DNA from: Clostridiales bacterium
GTDB lineage: Bacteria; Bacillota; Clostridia; Lachnospirales; Lachnospiraceae
Reading direction: 5' to 3'
DNA: 64,000 nt
Assembly (NCBI GenBank): GCA_012522735.1
Contig: JAAYJU010000106.1
Location: 34,095-98,094, forward strand
The position numbers and the translations under genes are program-made. This document shows, in pieces, positions 29,516 to 38,257 of this stretch. How positions within the stretch are numbered: position 1 is the first letter of the stretch; every line of letters starts with the position of its first letter. The notes under the pieces were generated by a model that made no database searches, was not told where the DNA came from, and saw nothing but the letters and a program-made list of their open reading frames with translations.

Positions 29516-30991
29516 TTAGCCATCCTCCTTCATTAACGCTTCTATAACTCGCTTTCCAGCATTTCCATCTATATTCAACACATTGCCTTTCAAACTCTCT
29601 ATTCGTTGCTGTTTCTCATAGTCCTCATCATTTAAGATCATATCGCAGAAATTTTTCATAGTAAAACCATCAAAACGATAGTATGCGATACTCTCATCGA
29701 ATGTAGGAATGCATTTGCGAAAATACTCTCTTTTTCCCCTGATAAACAAAACAGGCTTTCCCGTAATCATGTATTGTCTGGTCCACGAACTCATATCAGA
29801 TATCATTCCATCAGATGCTACAGTTGCGATTTTATTATCAGCAAACTCATCAATAATCGCACCCTTTGATTTAATGCTCTCGATATTACTTTTGTATTGC
29901 ACCATCCATTCACTACGCATCCTCTTAATAGTTGATTCGAATAGTGGGTGAGGTCGCCAGATCAAAGTAATACCCTCTTGTGATGCTAAAAAATTAAGAG
30001 TCTTTGTTAGAAAGTCCATATAAGTTTTAAATTTTAGCATATGTCCGATACTTGTATTTATAATGATAACCTTATTATTTCCTATCTTTTCCTTCCACTC
30101 CTTAGGTATTTCTATTCCTTTATAATCCAAATTAACATAAGCATCAAATTTCGGCGAACCACTAAGTATTAGCTTGTCAGCATTAATTCCAATTTTAATG
30201 TAAAGATCATATTGCTCTTTAGATTGTGTTACTATCTTATCTACCAAAAGTAAGCTTGGGACTAAGATTTTATTATTGAAGGCTTCTGCATCCAAATACA
30301 TACCAGATATAAAATACGGACTATAGATAACCATCTCTGATACTTCCTTAAGATTTTTAACATAGTAATCAGGATCAATTGTAGTAACATTATTGAATTG
30401 ATCGTATGGATTGTGTATAAATGTAAAATCCGGATGGAGCTGTCTTAAATCTATCTGCTCCCACGATGTAATTGGTACATAATCAGGAAAATCCATACCA
30501 TCATAATGCATATTCCCTATTGATCCATCTGGATTTTTATCATAATAAGGAATAGGCATCACATAACATTCACAACCTTCGTAATCCTTTGCAGCATTCC
30601 AGATACTCTCTAAACTGTCCCACATACTTGCTTGATAGGGTAGAAATAGACATACTACCTTTTCTGGTATTTCATTCTTTATCTGAGAGTATATCTGTAT
30701 AATAAATCTAGACAATTTCTTATTAATCTTTAACTTCTCTTGCCTATTTTCTTCCTGAGAACACAGCCATACCAGCTCACAATATGTCTCTAATTTCTTA
30801 ACAATCGGATGGTTTTCTCCTTCCGATTGCTCTACCTCGTTACCTATTTGGATTGCACTTTCCTGCATTACTTGTAGCATATCATATAATTGCTGTGCAT
30901 TATATATATCAATTACCTTGTCAATGGTCTTATGAGCATTTTCCATGGTCTTTATTATGCTTAGTATTTGTTGTTTGATATATCTCCTCAT
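29516..30991 (-). CDS. CDP-glycerol glycerophosphotransferase (TagF)-like protein with helical N-terminal domain
   Basis: FLPYQASMWDSLESI, FIHNPYD, GSPKFD, IWRPHPL, MISDMSS. Confidence 0.6.
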   Translation of the reverse strand: MRRYIKQQILSIIKTMENAHKTIDKVIDIYNAQQLYDMLQVMQESAIQIGNEVEQSEGENHPIVKKLETYCELVWLCSQEENRQEKLKINKKLSRFIIQIYSQIKNEIPEKVVCLFLPYQASMWDSLESIWNAAKDYEGCECYVMPIPYYDKNPDGSIGNMHYDGMDFPDYVPITSWEQIDLRQLHPDFTFIHNPYDQFNNVTTIDPDYYVKNLKEVSEMVIYSPYFISGMYLDAEAFNNKILVPSLLLVDKIVTQSKEQYDLYIKIGINADKLILSGSPKFDAYVNLDYKGIEIPKEWKEKIGNNKVIIINTSIGHMLKFKTYMDFLTKTLNFLASQEGITLIWRPHPLFESTIKRMRSEWMVQYKSNIESIKSKGAIIDEFADNKIATVASDGMISDMSSWTRQYMITGKPVLFIRGKREYFRKCIPTFDESIAYYRFDGFTMKNFCDMILNDEDYEKQQRIESLKGNVLNIDGNAGKRVIEALMKEDG

Positions 30992-31033
30992 TCAGACCTC
31001 CCAATAAAAACTGTTGTCGTGGTTAATAATAAA

Positions 31034-32092
31034 TTAAGTATTGTCTCTCAGCCTCACCAATGCTGGCTCATAATCTCCACACTTATTATAATAAGTCTTC
31101 GCTTTATCCACTAATCCGAGGCATTCATATATCACTCCAATATTATAGTATGCCCTGTAGCTATTTACACCGTCCATCTTATGGAACTTCATCTTGGTAG
31201 CCTTGATAAATTCATCAATGGCCTCTGTAAACTTTGCATTGTTCATATATATTAGACCCATCAGATATACAAAATCAGCACTTATGGCAAATTCATCGTA
31301 TACACCTAGTAGCTGCATAGATTTCTCATACTGTTTAGAGTTAATAAGTGCATAACCGTAGCTCTCTACCATATCCTGAACATACTCTAGCCTAATATCC
31401 AGATCAAAATATAAGGCCTTGTCAAACCAACTACAGGCGGCTTCATAATCCTCCTGCATATAAAAAGATTTACCTAATTGATAAAGTATATAAGGGTCAT
31501 CCCCATCATCCTCAAGCTGCTGTAAAAGAATTGTAATATTTCTGTTTGTCTTTTTTTTTCTTGTCTCTAAGTCTCCATCATAACCTCTATGATCAACCTC
31601 CACCGGTATATCATAATAATAGCTTTCCAAATCTTTGATTGGACCAGGCTGTTCATGTATTTTCCCTTTATATTCATATAAATCCTTAGAGAATAGCCTA
31701 CCTACCCGGTTATTGATTCGGAAGGTTTCTCCGTCCCTTATAAAGCTATTCTTCTGAACAAGTCTACCAACACCATCCGGGTTTTCTCTGATAAGTCTCT
31801 CCAGCTCATCCTTATCAAAATAATCAGCTACTTCGTCGCTATCTATTACAAGTACATACTTATTAGTTGCCTTACTAACACTATAATTTCTAGCTGCAGA
31901 AAAATCCTGTCTCCAGATATAATCATAGACCTTATCGGTATATTTCTTGGCAATCTGCTTTGTATTATCAGTTGAACCAGTATCTACTACTATTACTTCA
32001 TAGCCTAATGGTAGTAATGGTTCTAGACATTGTCCCAATTGTTCTTCTGAATTCTTTACAATCATACATATTGAAATCATTATACTACCCAT
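31034..32092 (-). CDS. GT2 glycosyltransferase with TPR repeats (candidate flagellin O-glycosyltransferase)
   Basis: ISICMIVKN, VDTGSTD, DFSAARN, IDSDE, IHEQP, then TPR-like YQLGKSFY, YLMGLIYM and YNIGVIYE. Confidence 0.85.
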   Translation of the reverse strand: MGSIMISICMIVKNSEEQLGQCLEPLLPLGYEVIVVDTGSTDNTKQIAKKYTDKVYDYIWRQDFSAARNYSVSKATNKYVLVIDSDEVADYFDKDELERLIRENPDGVGRLVQKNSFIRDGETFRINNRVGRLFSKDLYEYKGKIHEQPGPIKDLESYYYDIPVEVDHRGYDGDLETRKKKTNRNITILLQQLEDDGDDPYILYQLGKSFYMQEDYEAACSWFDKALYFDLDIRLEYVQDMVESYGYALINSKQYEKSMQLLGVYDEFAISADFVYLMGLIYMNNAKFTEAIDEFIKATKMKFHKMDGVNSYRAYYNIGVIYECLGLVDKAKTYYNKCGDYEPALVRLRDNT

Positions 32093-32135
32093 ATCTTTCT
32101 TTACTCTAACGTGCTTTACGCCAATAGTGCTACAG

Positions 32136-32816
32136 TTATTTGTTCAGTTCTCTTTGCTTCATTAATTCCTCTACAATAAGCCAATCACTAATCTCGTCAA
32201 TTTCAAAATAAGTTTCTTCATTCATTTCTACAGCTACTATTCTTCCTGATATCCTACATCTATTCTCTAATAATAATTTCTTTGAAGTAATATAGAAAGC
32301 ACCATTTTCAACTAAGTAGCCATCAAATTCTTGGCGCCTTGGTCTTGAAAAAATATCATAATTCTGGGGCTTTACATATCCACCTTGATTATTCCAAATA
32401 AATCTTTTCTGTCTTACTACAGATAAAACACTATCTACATCATCCTTGTAATATTCCTCAATTCCCTTGCATAGATCCTCAGCAGAAAGTAAGGGTGAGG
32501 TTGCTTGTATCAATATGATATCATCGAAATCATATTGCTCGGCAAACTCTAGCATAACACTCTCTGTACTAGCTGTGTCTGTTGCATTTTCCGGATCTCT
32601 TCCTATAACTCTGACATTCTCAAATCCAAAGCTATTAACTGTATCTGAAATCTTCTGACTATCCGTAGCAACATAAACTTTATCGATCCCAGAGCAATTA
32701 TGTGCTGCAAGAACCGTCCAATATACCAAAGGCTTACCATTAATAATTCTTATGTTTTTTAGTGGTATCGATTTACTTCCACCTCGAATTGGGATAAACG
32801 CTACCATATTTTTCAT
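32136..32816 (-). CDS. neuA: Acylneuraminate/ulosonic acid cytidylyltransferase (NeuA family)
   Basis: FIPIRGGSKSIPLKNI, VATDS, IQATSPL, ENGAFY, EIDE..D. Confidence 0.88.
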   Translation of the reverse strand: MKNMVAFIPIRGGSKSIPLKNIRIINGKPLVYWTVLAAHNCSGIDKVYVATDSQKISDTVNSFGFENVRVIGRDPENATDTASTESVMLEFAEQYDFDDIILIQATSPLLSAEDLCKGIEEYYKDDVDSVLSVVRQKRFIWNNQGGYVKPQNYDIFSRPRRQEFDGYLVENGAFYITSKKLLLENRCRISGRIVAVEMNEETYFEIDEISDWLIVEELMKQRELNK

Positions 32817-32840
32817 ACTATTACCTCATAATTATGAAAT

Positions 32841-33722
32841 TTATATTCTGTATTTTAACTTATCTCTTTGCTCTTGCTCTATAGGCAATATTTCATTAGA
32901 TTTATATGATAAACTCTCATATGTAGCCAGTAAATTTCTTTTTAGTCTACGTATACCATCCGGCTCTAAGGATGCTGCATGATCAGTACCCTTCCATGTC
33001 CTATCTAAAGTAAAATGCCTTTCTATCACAGAAGCTCCAAGAGTGTATGCCGCAATATCAATCGCAAACCCATTATGATGTCCTGAAAATCCGATTTGCT
33101 TAACCATTGATCCATATGTATTAACCAGCCTGGTTATTTCTAAAAGACATACATCCTTAAATGGAACAGGATAACCAGAGGTACATGAATATAATACTAA
33201 ATCCTTATTTCTGCCCTTAGATTCAAATAATCTCACAATCTTTTCTTCTTCTTCTCTTGTAGTCATTCCAACCGATATATGTATTTCTCCCTCAAAATTA
33301 TCACATAGCCAAGATAGCATGTTGAAATGATTGTTGCAAGCACTAGGTATTTTAATCATTTTCGGGTTAAATGCTACGATTTCTTTGGCTGAAGTCATGT
33401 CCCAAACAGATGTCGAATACTCAATTCCAATTTCCTTGCATTTTTCATATAATTCCTTATGTTGCTCAGCATTAAACTCCAAGAACTCTCTATGCTCGCC
33501 ATATGTAGTCCCATATGAATTATGAGGATTAGGATGAGGTGCATTATATTGTTCAGGCGTTAATAATTCGACGTTATTTCTTTTCTGAAACTTAACCACA
33601 TCAGCATCACAAAAGATTTTTGCCATTTTTATCATCTCTACTGCAATATCTAAATCTCCTTTGTGATTACATCCAATCTCAGCAATAACCTTTGGGGATT
33701 TATATTCTAACGTTTTATTCAT
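32841..33722 (-). CDS. neuB: NeuB-family PEP-dependent ulosonic acid synthase lacking the C-terminal SAF/antifreeze domain
   Basis: IAEIGCNHKGD, ADVVKFQKR, IKIPSA, CTSGYP, GFSGH, IERHFTLDR..GTDHAASLEP. Ends just after the TIM barrel. ATG at 33722 chosen from RBS (ORF track 33731). Confidence 0.85.
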   Translation of the reverse strand: MNKTLEYKSPKVIAEIGCNHKGDLDIAVEMIKMAKIFCDADVVKFQKRNNVELLTPEQYNAPHPNPHNSYGTTYGEHREFLEFNAEQHKELYEKCKEIGIEYSTSVWDMTSAKEIVAFNPKMIKIPSACNNHFNMLSWLCDNFEGEIHISVGMTTREEEEKIVRLFESKGRNKDLVLYSCTSGYPVPFKDVCLLEITRLVNTYGSMVKQIGFSGHHNGFAIDIAAYTLGASVIERHFTLDRTWKGTDHAASLEPDGIRRLKRNLLATYESLSYKSNEILPIEQEQRDKLKYRI

Positions 33723-33736
33723 ACAAACCACCTTTC

Positions 33737-34114
33737 TTATCCAAAATATTTATATAGCATTTCCAATGACAACATTCTATCATCCACATAATAATCTGCA
33801 TTTGGTTTTCCAAAGTGGAGCTCATGATACTTTAGTTCCCATCTAGACATCTGGTCTTTCGTAACAGAAGACCAATCTATCCCAGTAACATAGCCTCTTG
33901 CAGTAAATAACACTATATAATTACCCATATCATATAACTTGTTTATTATATTAATCATAGGTATGTTAGGCTCAGCCAGCTCATAGTTATTATCCTTAGC
34001 TTGATTTGCTATTACCCCATCTATATCAAACACAAATCTTCTACCACCATGTGAGATGTTCATATAGTCTTCTTTAATCTTATTTTCTAGGTGTTTAGAA
34101 TAATCTATATTCAT
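33737..34114 (-). CDS. Small HAD-superfamily phosphatase (capsule-biosynthesis phosphatase type)
   Basis: VFDIDGVI (DxD), LFTARG, GKP.ADYYVDD. Confidence 0.8.
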   Translation of the reverse strand: MNIDYSKHLENKIKEDYMNISHGGRRFVFDIDGVIANQAKDNNYELAEPNIPMINIINKLYDMGNYIVLFTARGYVTGIDWSSVTKDQMSRWELKYHELHFGKPNADYYVDDRMLSLEMLYKYFG

Positions 34115-34134
34115 TCAAGTCTCCTTAATATAAA

Positions 34135-35973
34135 TTAATTACCACTTATTTCTTTATAGTTATCAATTGTTTCCAGCAATGCCTGTTTAATAAATTTGGA
34201 TGTATCAATTGTAGCCTGATATATTATTTTAGACTTCTGGAATGTGCTCAGATTGTAATCCTCCGAATCGTCAGATAGAATCAACATTTCTGAAAGTTGA
34301 GGGGCAGTTTGAGCAGTAATATGATAATCCATAAGTGGATATATACTCTGCTCCTCTATAAACTTATTTACCTTACTTAGCTTCCTTAATGCTTCATTTA
34401 GTTTTTTGCTTGACAAGCCTCTTTCATATTCCCTAATAACATTATTACATTTTCTAATTGCAGACTCCGCTTCATCTAATATACTGTTCATAATAGGCAC
34501 ATAGCCTTCAAGATAATCTATTATTTTCCCAATGTCCTTCCTGTAAAAGATTGGTTCAATGTTAAACAAATCCTCATTTTCCATATGTATTTCTCTACAA
34601 TACCTAGCAACTGCTTCTTTTAGAGGCATTACAATAGTCCCCTTTATTCTAGCTCCCCTCTCCTTTGCATCTATTACCTCTATATCGTTATTTAAAGCTA
34701 TTAAGTCCTGATATCTATTCACAAATTCCTTCCAATCAACTCTTGATTTTATCATACTGCCATCAATGCCCTCTACCATAACATTGGCTTCTTCTCCTTT
34801 ATTGTTAATTTCACCTCCGACATGGCTGACATTTCCATTAAAAGCAAGATCCTGTCCAACTAATATCACTCTCTTATATCCCAGTTCTACACAAGCAGTA
34901 TATGCAACAATTGCAACTGATCCACTAGTAGTAATTTCAGATGCTTCCTTATTAACCAAATCATATATTCCATTCAGGAAGGGATTACTTGTACAGAATA
35001 TTTTTTTTCCAATATGACGACTTAATATATCATTATTAGCTTCCATAGTACATATTAAAGGAATATTAACATCATCTCTTCGTGAAAAATGAATTAGTTC
35101 CTTTACAGGGTCAATTGTAACAGTGAAATCCGGTTCTAATCCATAGTCCAAAAGATAATCTAGAACCCGGTCACAAGCAAATATAACTGCTTTACCCTTA
35201 GCCTTTTTTAGTTCTTCAATATTTTCTTCAACTGAAGGCCCTGCTGCTACTACTATGGCAGGCACTTCTTTTGGTGTATATTTTTTTAATTCTTTTAAGT
35301 TGCTTGAATCAATTAAATAAGTCAAATTTTTAAATATATTTTGTATATATTTTTCACTAAGCTTTATTGTCGTATTAATATTTAAAGTATTAGATACTAG
35401 GCCTTCTTTAATCTCATTAAAAAAAGTTATACAGCTTTCTGCAAATATCTTATCATAATTAGGATAAATACATTGAATTTGCGACTTCATATTTGTGATA
35501 TTGATTGCACTTTTAACTGTAATATGAAAAGAGAAATCGTTAGCTCCTTCAACTGCAATCACAACTCTTTTATCCGATAGTATTTCTGATAGATCATAAT
35601 TCTTAATTACATGGCTAAAAATATCATAGCTCGGCTCATATATGATTAGTAAGTGACTTTCTTCCATTTTCCTTAATAATGCTCTAGCAAAGATTCCATT
35701 GCCAAGACCGTACATTGAAACAACTGTATTAATGTTTTGTAAGGTAAATTGGTCACTCCATCTTATTGCTTCTTCAATTGGTCTATAGATACTATTCAGT
35801 CTATATGTCATTGCCTTATAGGTAATCGAAACAATCTTCTCTCCATCCTTGGCATAAATAGTCTCTATATTATCTAATCTATTAGTATAATTATTATCAT
35901 TATTTATAAGATTTTTGTATAAATAACTGTGATTATTTTCTATCAATTCCATGTTTTTATTATAAAAGGTCAT
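34135..35973 (-). CDS. maf: Motility-associated factor (Maf, DUF115) flagellin glycosyltransferase
   Basis: PAIVVAAGPSV..NI, VTIDP, GSVA..A..LG..RVILVGQDLAF; located just downstream of fliC. Confidence 0.88.
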   Translation of the reverse strand: MTFYNKNMELIENNHSYLYKNLINNDNNYTNRLDNIETIYAKDGEKIVSITYKAMTYRLNSIYRPIEEAIRWSDQFTLQNINTVVSMYGLGNGIFARALLRKMEESHLLIIYEPSYDIFSHVIKNYDLSEILSDKRVVIAVEGANDFSFHITVKSAINITNMKSQIQCIYPNYDKIFAESCITFFNEIKEGLVSNTLNINTTIKLSEKYIQNIFKNLTYLIDSSNLKELKKYTPKEVPAIVVAAGPSVEENIEELKKAKGKAVIFACDRVLDYLLDYGLEPDFTVTIDPVKELIHFSRRDDVNIPLICTMEANNDILSRHIGKKIFCTSNPFLNGIYDLVNKEASEITTSGSVAIVAYTACVELGYKRVILVGQDLAFNGNVSHVGGEINNKGEEANVMVEGIDGSMIKSRVDWKEFVNRYQDLIALNNDIEVIDAKERGARIKGTIVMPLKEAVARYCREIHMENEDLFNIEPIFYRKDIGKIIDYLEGYVPIMNSILDEAESAIRKCNNVIREYERGLSSKKLNEALRKLSKVNKFIEEQSIYPLMDYHITAQTAPQLSEMLILSDDSEDYNLSTFQKSKIIYQATIDTSKFIKQALLETIDNYKEISGN

Positions 35974-36010
35974 AGCTTTATACTCCCTATTAGCTTCATA
36001 TTTTCCTTAA

Positions 36011-36328
36011 TTATAATATATCAGCATTAATAGCCTCAGTAAATAGCTCCTTCAACTCATATTCAAAGATATCAGAAAAAAGGATTGTATCGCCTATTTC
36101 CAAGGCCTTCATAGCTTGCATTAATATTTCATTCAATTTTACTTGATCTACTATTGTTTCATCTCCATTTTGTGCTTGATCAGATATGGCACTAGTAGTA
36201 TTGTTCAATACTATTAGTGTATTTTCTAGCTCCTTATACCCTTCTTCTGTTTTGTTTTGATAAAATAAATTTGTTACTTTACTAATCGCTTCAATCGCTT
36301 CTTTTAGATTTTTCTTAATCATATTCAT
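36011..36328 (-). CDS. Small helical hypothetical protein of the flagellar glycosylation locus
   Basis: 105 aa amphipathic helices; DTILFSDIFEYEL motif shared with the N-terminus of 15012-15920. Confidence 0.65.
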   Translation of the reverse strand: MNMIKKNLKEAIEAISKVTNLFYQNKTEEGYKELENTLIVLNNTTSAISDQAQNGDETIVDQVKLNEILMQAMKALEIGDTILFSDIFEYELKELFTEAINADIL

Positions 36329-36348
36329 CCACCATTCTTGTTTTTAAA

Positions 36349-36375
36349 AAAGGACTGACTTAAAGTCAGTCCTTT
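36349..36375 (-). terminator. Intrinsic terminator after fliC
   Basis: Perfect 12-bp stem AAAGGACTGACT-taa-AGTCAGTCCTTT; the minus strand ends in a T6 run. Confidence 0.85.
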
Positions 36376-36395
36376 CTTATGTTTTGATAATACTG

Positions 36396-37214
36396 TTACT
36401 GTAATAATGCAAGTACACCCTGTGTCTGTTGATTAGCCTGAGCAAGCATAGATTGTGCAGCCTGTTGAAGGATAGTATCCTTTGCAAAGTTAACCATCTC
36501 TTTTGCCATATCAACGTCACGGATACGAGCTTCGGCAGCCTGTAAATTCTCAGCGGTATTATCTGCATTTGCAATTGTATGCTCTAACCTATTCTGTAAT
36601 GCTCCAAGAGCAGATCTCTGAGTAGATACATTGTCAAGAGCAGTCTGAATTGTGGATATCGCACCAGTAGCACCAACGTGAGATAATACTGCAGATGCAA
36701 CACCTGTAATTGATAATGCAGATGCTCTCATGTCATTAATGCTGAATGTTATAATCTGACTTGTGTTAGCTCCTACCTGAAGATTCTTGGATGAGAAAGT
36801 ACCATCTAATAACTTCATGGTATTGAATTCAGTCTGATTTCCTATACGAGTCACTTCATCAGTTAATGCTGTTAACTCTTTCTGAATAGCCTGACGGTCT
36901 GCTGATACGTTAGTATCATTAGATGCCTGAACAGCAAGCTCTCTCATTCTCTGAAGGATAGACTGTGTCTCATTTAGAGCACCTTCTGCTGTCTGAATTA
37001 AGGAGATACCGTCCTGAGCATTTGTTGATGCCTGGGAAAGACCTCTGATCTGTCCGCGCATCTTCTCGGAAATTGTAAGTCCAGCTGCATTGTCGCCTGC
37101 ACGGTTAATCTTATAACCAGATGACAATTTCTCTGTAGCCTTAGCAATATTTCCTGTGGTAATACCTAACTGTCTGTTTGTGTTGGCTGCTGCCATGTTG
37201 TGTTGAATAATCAT
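36396..37214 (-). CDS. fliC: Flagellin (short, 272 aa)
   Basis: MIIQHNMAA, EKLSSGYKINRAGDNAAGL, LQRMRELAVQ, RSALGALQNRLEH, ILQQAAQSMLAQAN. Confidence 0.98.
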   Translation of the reverse strand: MIIQHNMAAANTNRQLGITTGNIAKATEKLSSGYKINRAGDNAAGLTISEKMRGQIRGLSQASTNAQDGISLIQTAEGALNETQSILQRMRELAVQASNDTNVSADRQAIQKELTALTDEVTRIGNQTEFNTMKLLDGTFSSKNLQVGANTSQIITFSINDMRASALSITGVASAVLSHVGATGAISTIQTALDNVSTQRSALGALQNRLEHTIANADNTAENLQAAEARIRDVDMAKEMVNFAKDTILQQAAQSMLAQANQQTQGVLALLQ

Positions 37215-37242
37215 AAAATTATTCCTCCTTGAATTATTTTGT

Positions 37243-37262
37243 TAGCGGCATCCTTGCCACTA
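37243..37262 (-). promoter_or_regulatory. CsrA-type AGGA-loop hairpin in the fliC leader
   Basis: mRNA UAGUGGCA-AGGA-UGCCGCUA; a second GGA lies in the Shine-Dalgarno AAGGAGG. Confidence 0.75.
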
Positions 37263-37312
37263 TGATTATTTTTCTCCTAATTCTAAATAAGGAGAAGTTT
37301 CTTACATTATAT

Positions 37313-37339
37313 ATATCGGTAAAGTTTTATAAAACTTTA
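37313..37339 (-). promoter_or_regulatory. Sigma-28 (FliA/SigD) promoter of fliC
   Basis: TAAA-N15-ACCGATAT on the minus strand. Confidence 0.8.
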
Positions 37340-37356
37340 TACCCATTTTGGAGTTT

Positions 37357-37851
37357 TTATTTCTTTTTGTCGTAAAAATATGACTGGGATTCCGGTTTGC
37401 TTGTCATATTCCTATAGTAATTAGTAACTGTCTCATTACTGAGTCTAGAACTCTTAATGCTTTTTCGCTTATTTGCTAATAAGGCTTCCAGTTTTGGTCT
37501 ATTTCTTTTCTCAAGAGCTTGCAATTTAACGCTTAGATCGGTGATTGCTGTTACCAACTCTTTAAGTGATGTAATTTGAGATACATACTCCATGCGATTT
37601 TCGTTTAATTCCTCTCTCACACGATCGTAGACCATCTCAAACCCTCTATCCAACTCATCAAGACTTTTAATTTGCTCCTCTTTAAGAGTTATGGTCTTTA
37701 AGAACTCATCCTCCTCGAAGTCATCTGAGTTAATAATTTCTTGCTGTTTAGTCGTAACTTGCATCAATTCATTAAGAATCACCTGTTTTTTCCTAAGTGA
37801 ATCTATTAACAATTGAATATAGGTTTGCTTAGCATTATCATTTAATTCCAT
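37357..37851 (-). CDS. FlgN-like flagellar export chaperone
   Basis: Coiled-coil 164 aa ending YFYDKKK, between fliS and fliC. Confidence 0.6.
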   Translation of the reverse strand: MELNDNAKQTYIQLLIDSLRKKQVILNELMQVTTKQQEIINSDDFEEDEFLKTITLKEEQIKSLDELDRGFEMVYDRVREELNENRMEYVSQITSLKELVTAITDLSVKLQALEKRNRPKLEALLANKRKSIKSSRLSNETVTNYYRNMTSKPESQSYFYDKKK

Positions 37852-37869
37852 AGCCTGCTCCTTTTGTAG

Positions 37870-38238
37870 CTATTTTGCCAGCCTCATTACTTCCTTCCAG
37901 GTGTCACGCATCTCTCTGATGTATCCAAGTGCTTCCTCAATTATCTCTACATCTTTTTTAATATTGCCTTCAATTAATCTCCGATAGATATAATCATAAA
38001 CTATTTCAAATTGGTTAGCAGATGGATATTTAAAATCCAAGGTAATCCTAAGCTCGGCTATAATTCTTTCGGCCTTGATTATATTTATATTAGCCTTTTC
38101 TACATCATTCTTCTCTATAGATAAGATTGCTATATTACAAAACTTTATTGCACCCTCATATAGCATCAATGTTAATTCTGCAGGTGATGCTGTCAATATC
38201 CTATTATCCTTATATACCGCAGCAGCATTTACAGCCAT
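37870..38238 (-). CDS. fliS: Flagellin chaperone FliS
   Basis: TASPAELTLMLYEGAIKF, IIKAERII, IRE.RDTWKEV. Confidence 0.95.
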   Translation of the reverse strand: MAVNAAAVYKDNRILTASPAELTLMLYEGAIKFCNIAILSIEKNDVEKANINIIKAERIIAELRITLDFKYPSANQFEIVYDYIYRRLIEGNIKKDVEIIEEALGYIREMRDTWKEVMRLAK

Positions 38239-38257
38239 ATCATTTCCTCCCGTTATT

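Noticed and set aside
36377-36574. 65-aa minus-strand ORF overlapping the fliC 3' end
   Set aside because: Alternative frame of flagellin; no RBS or motif.
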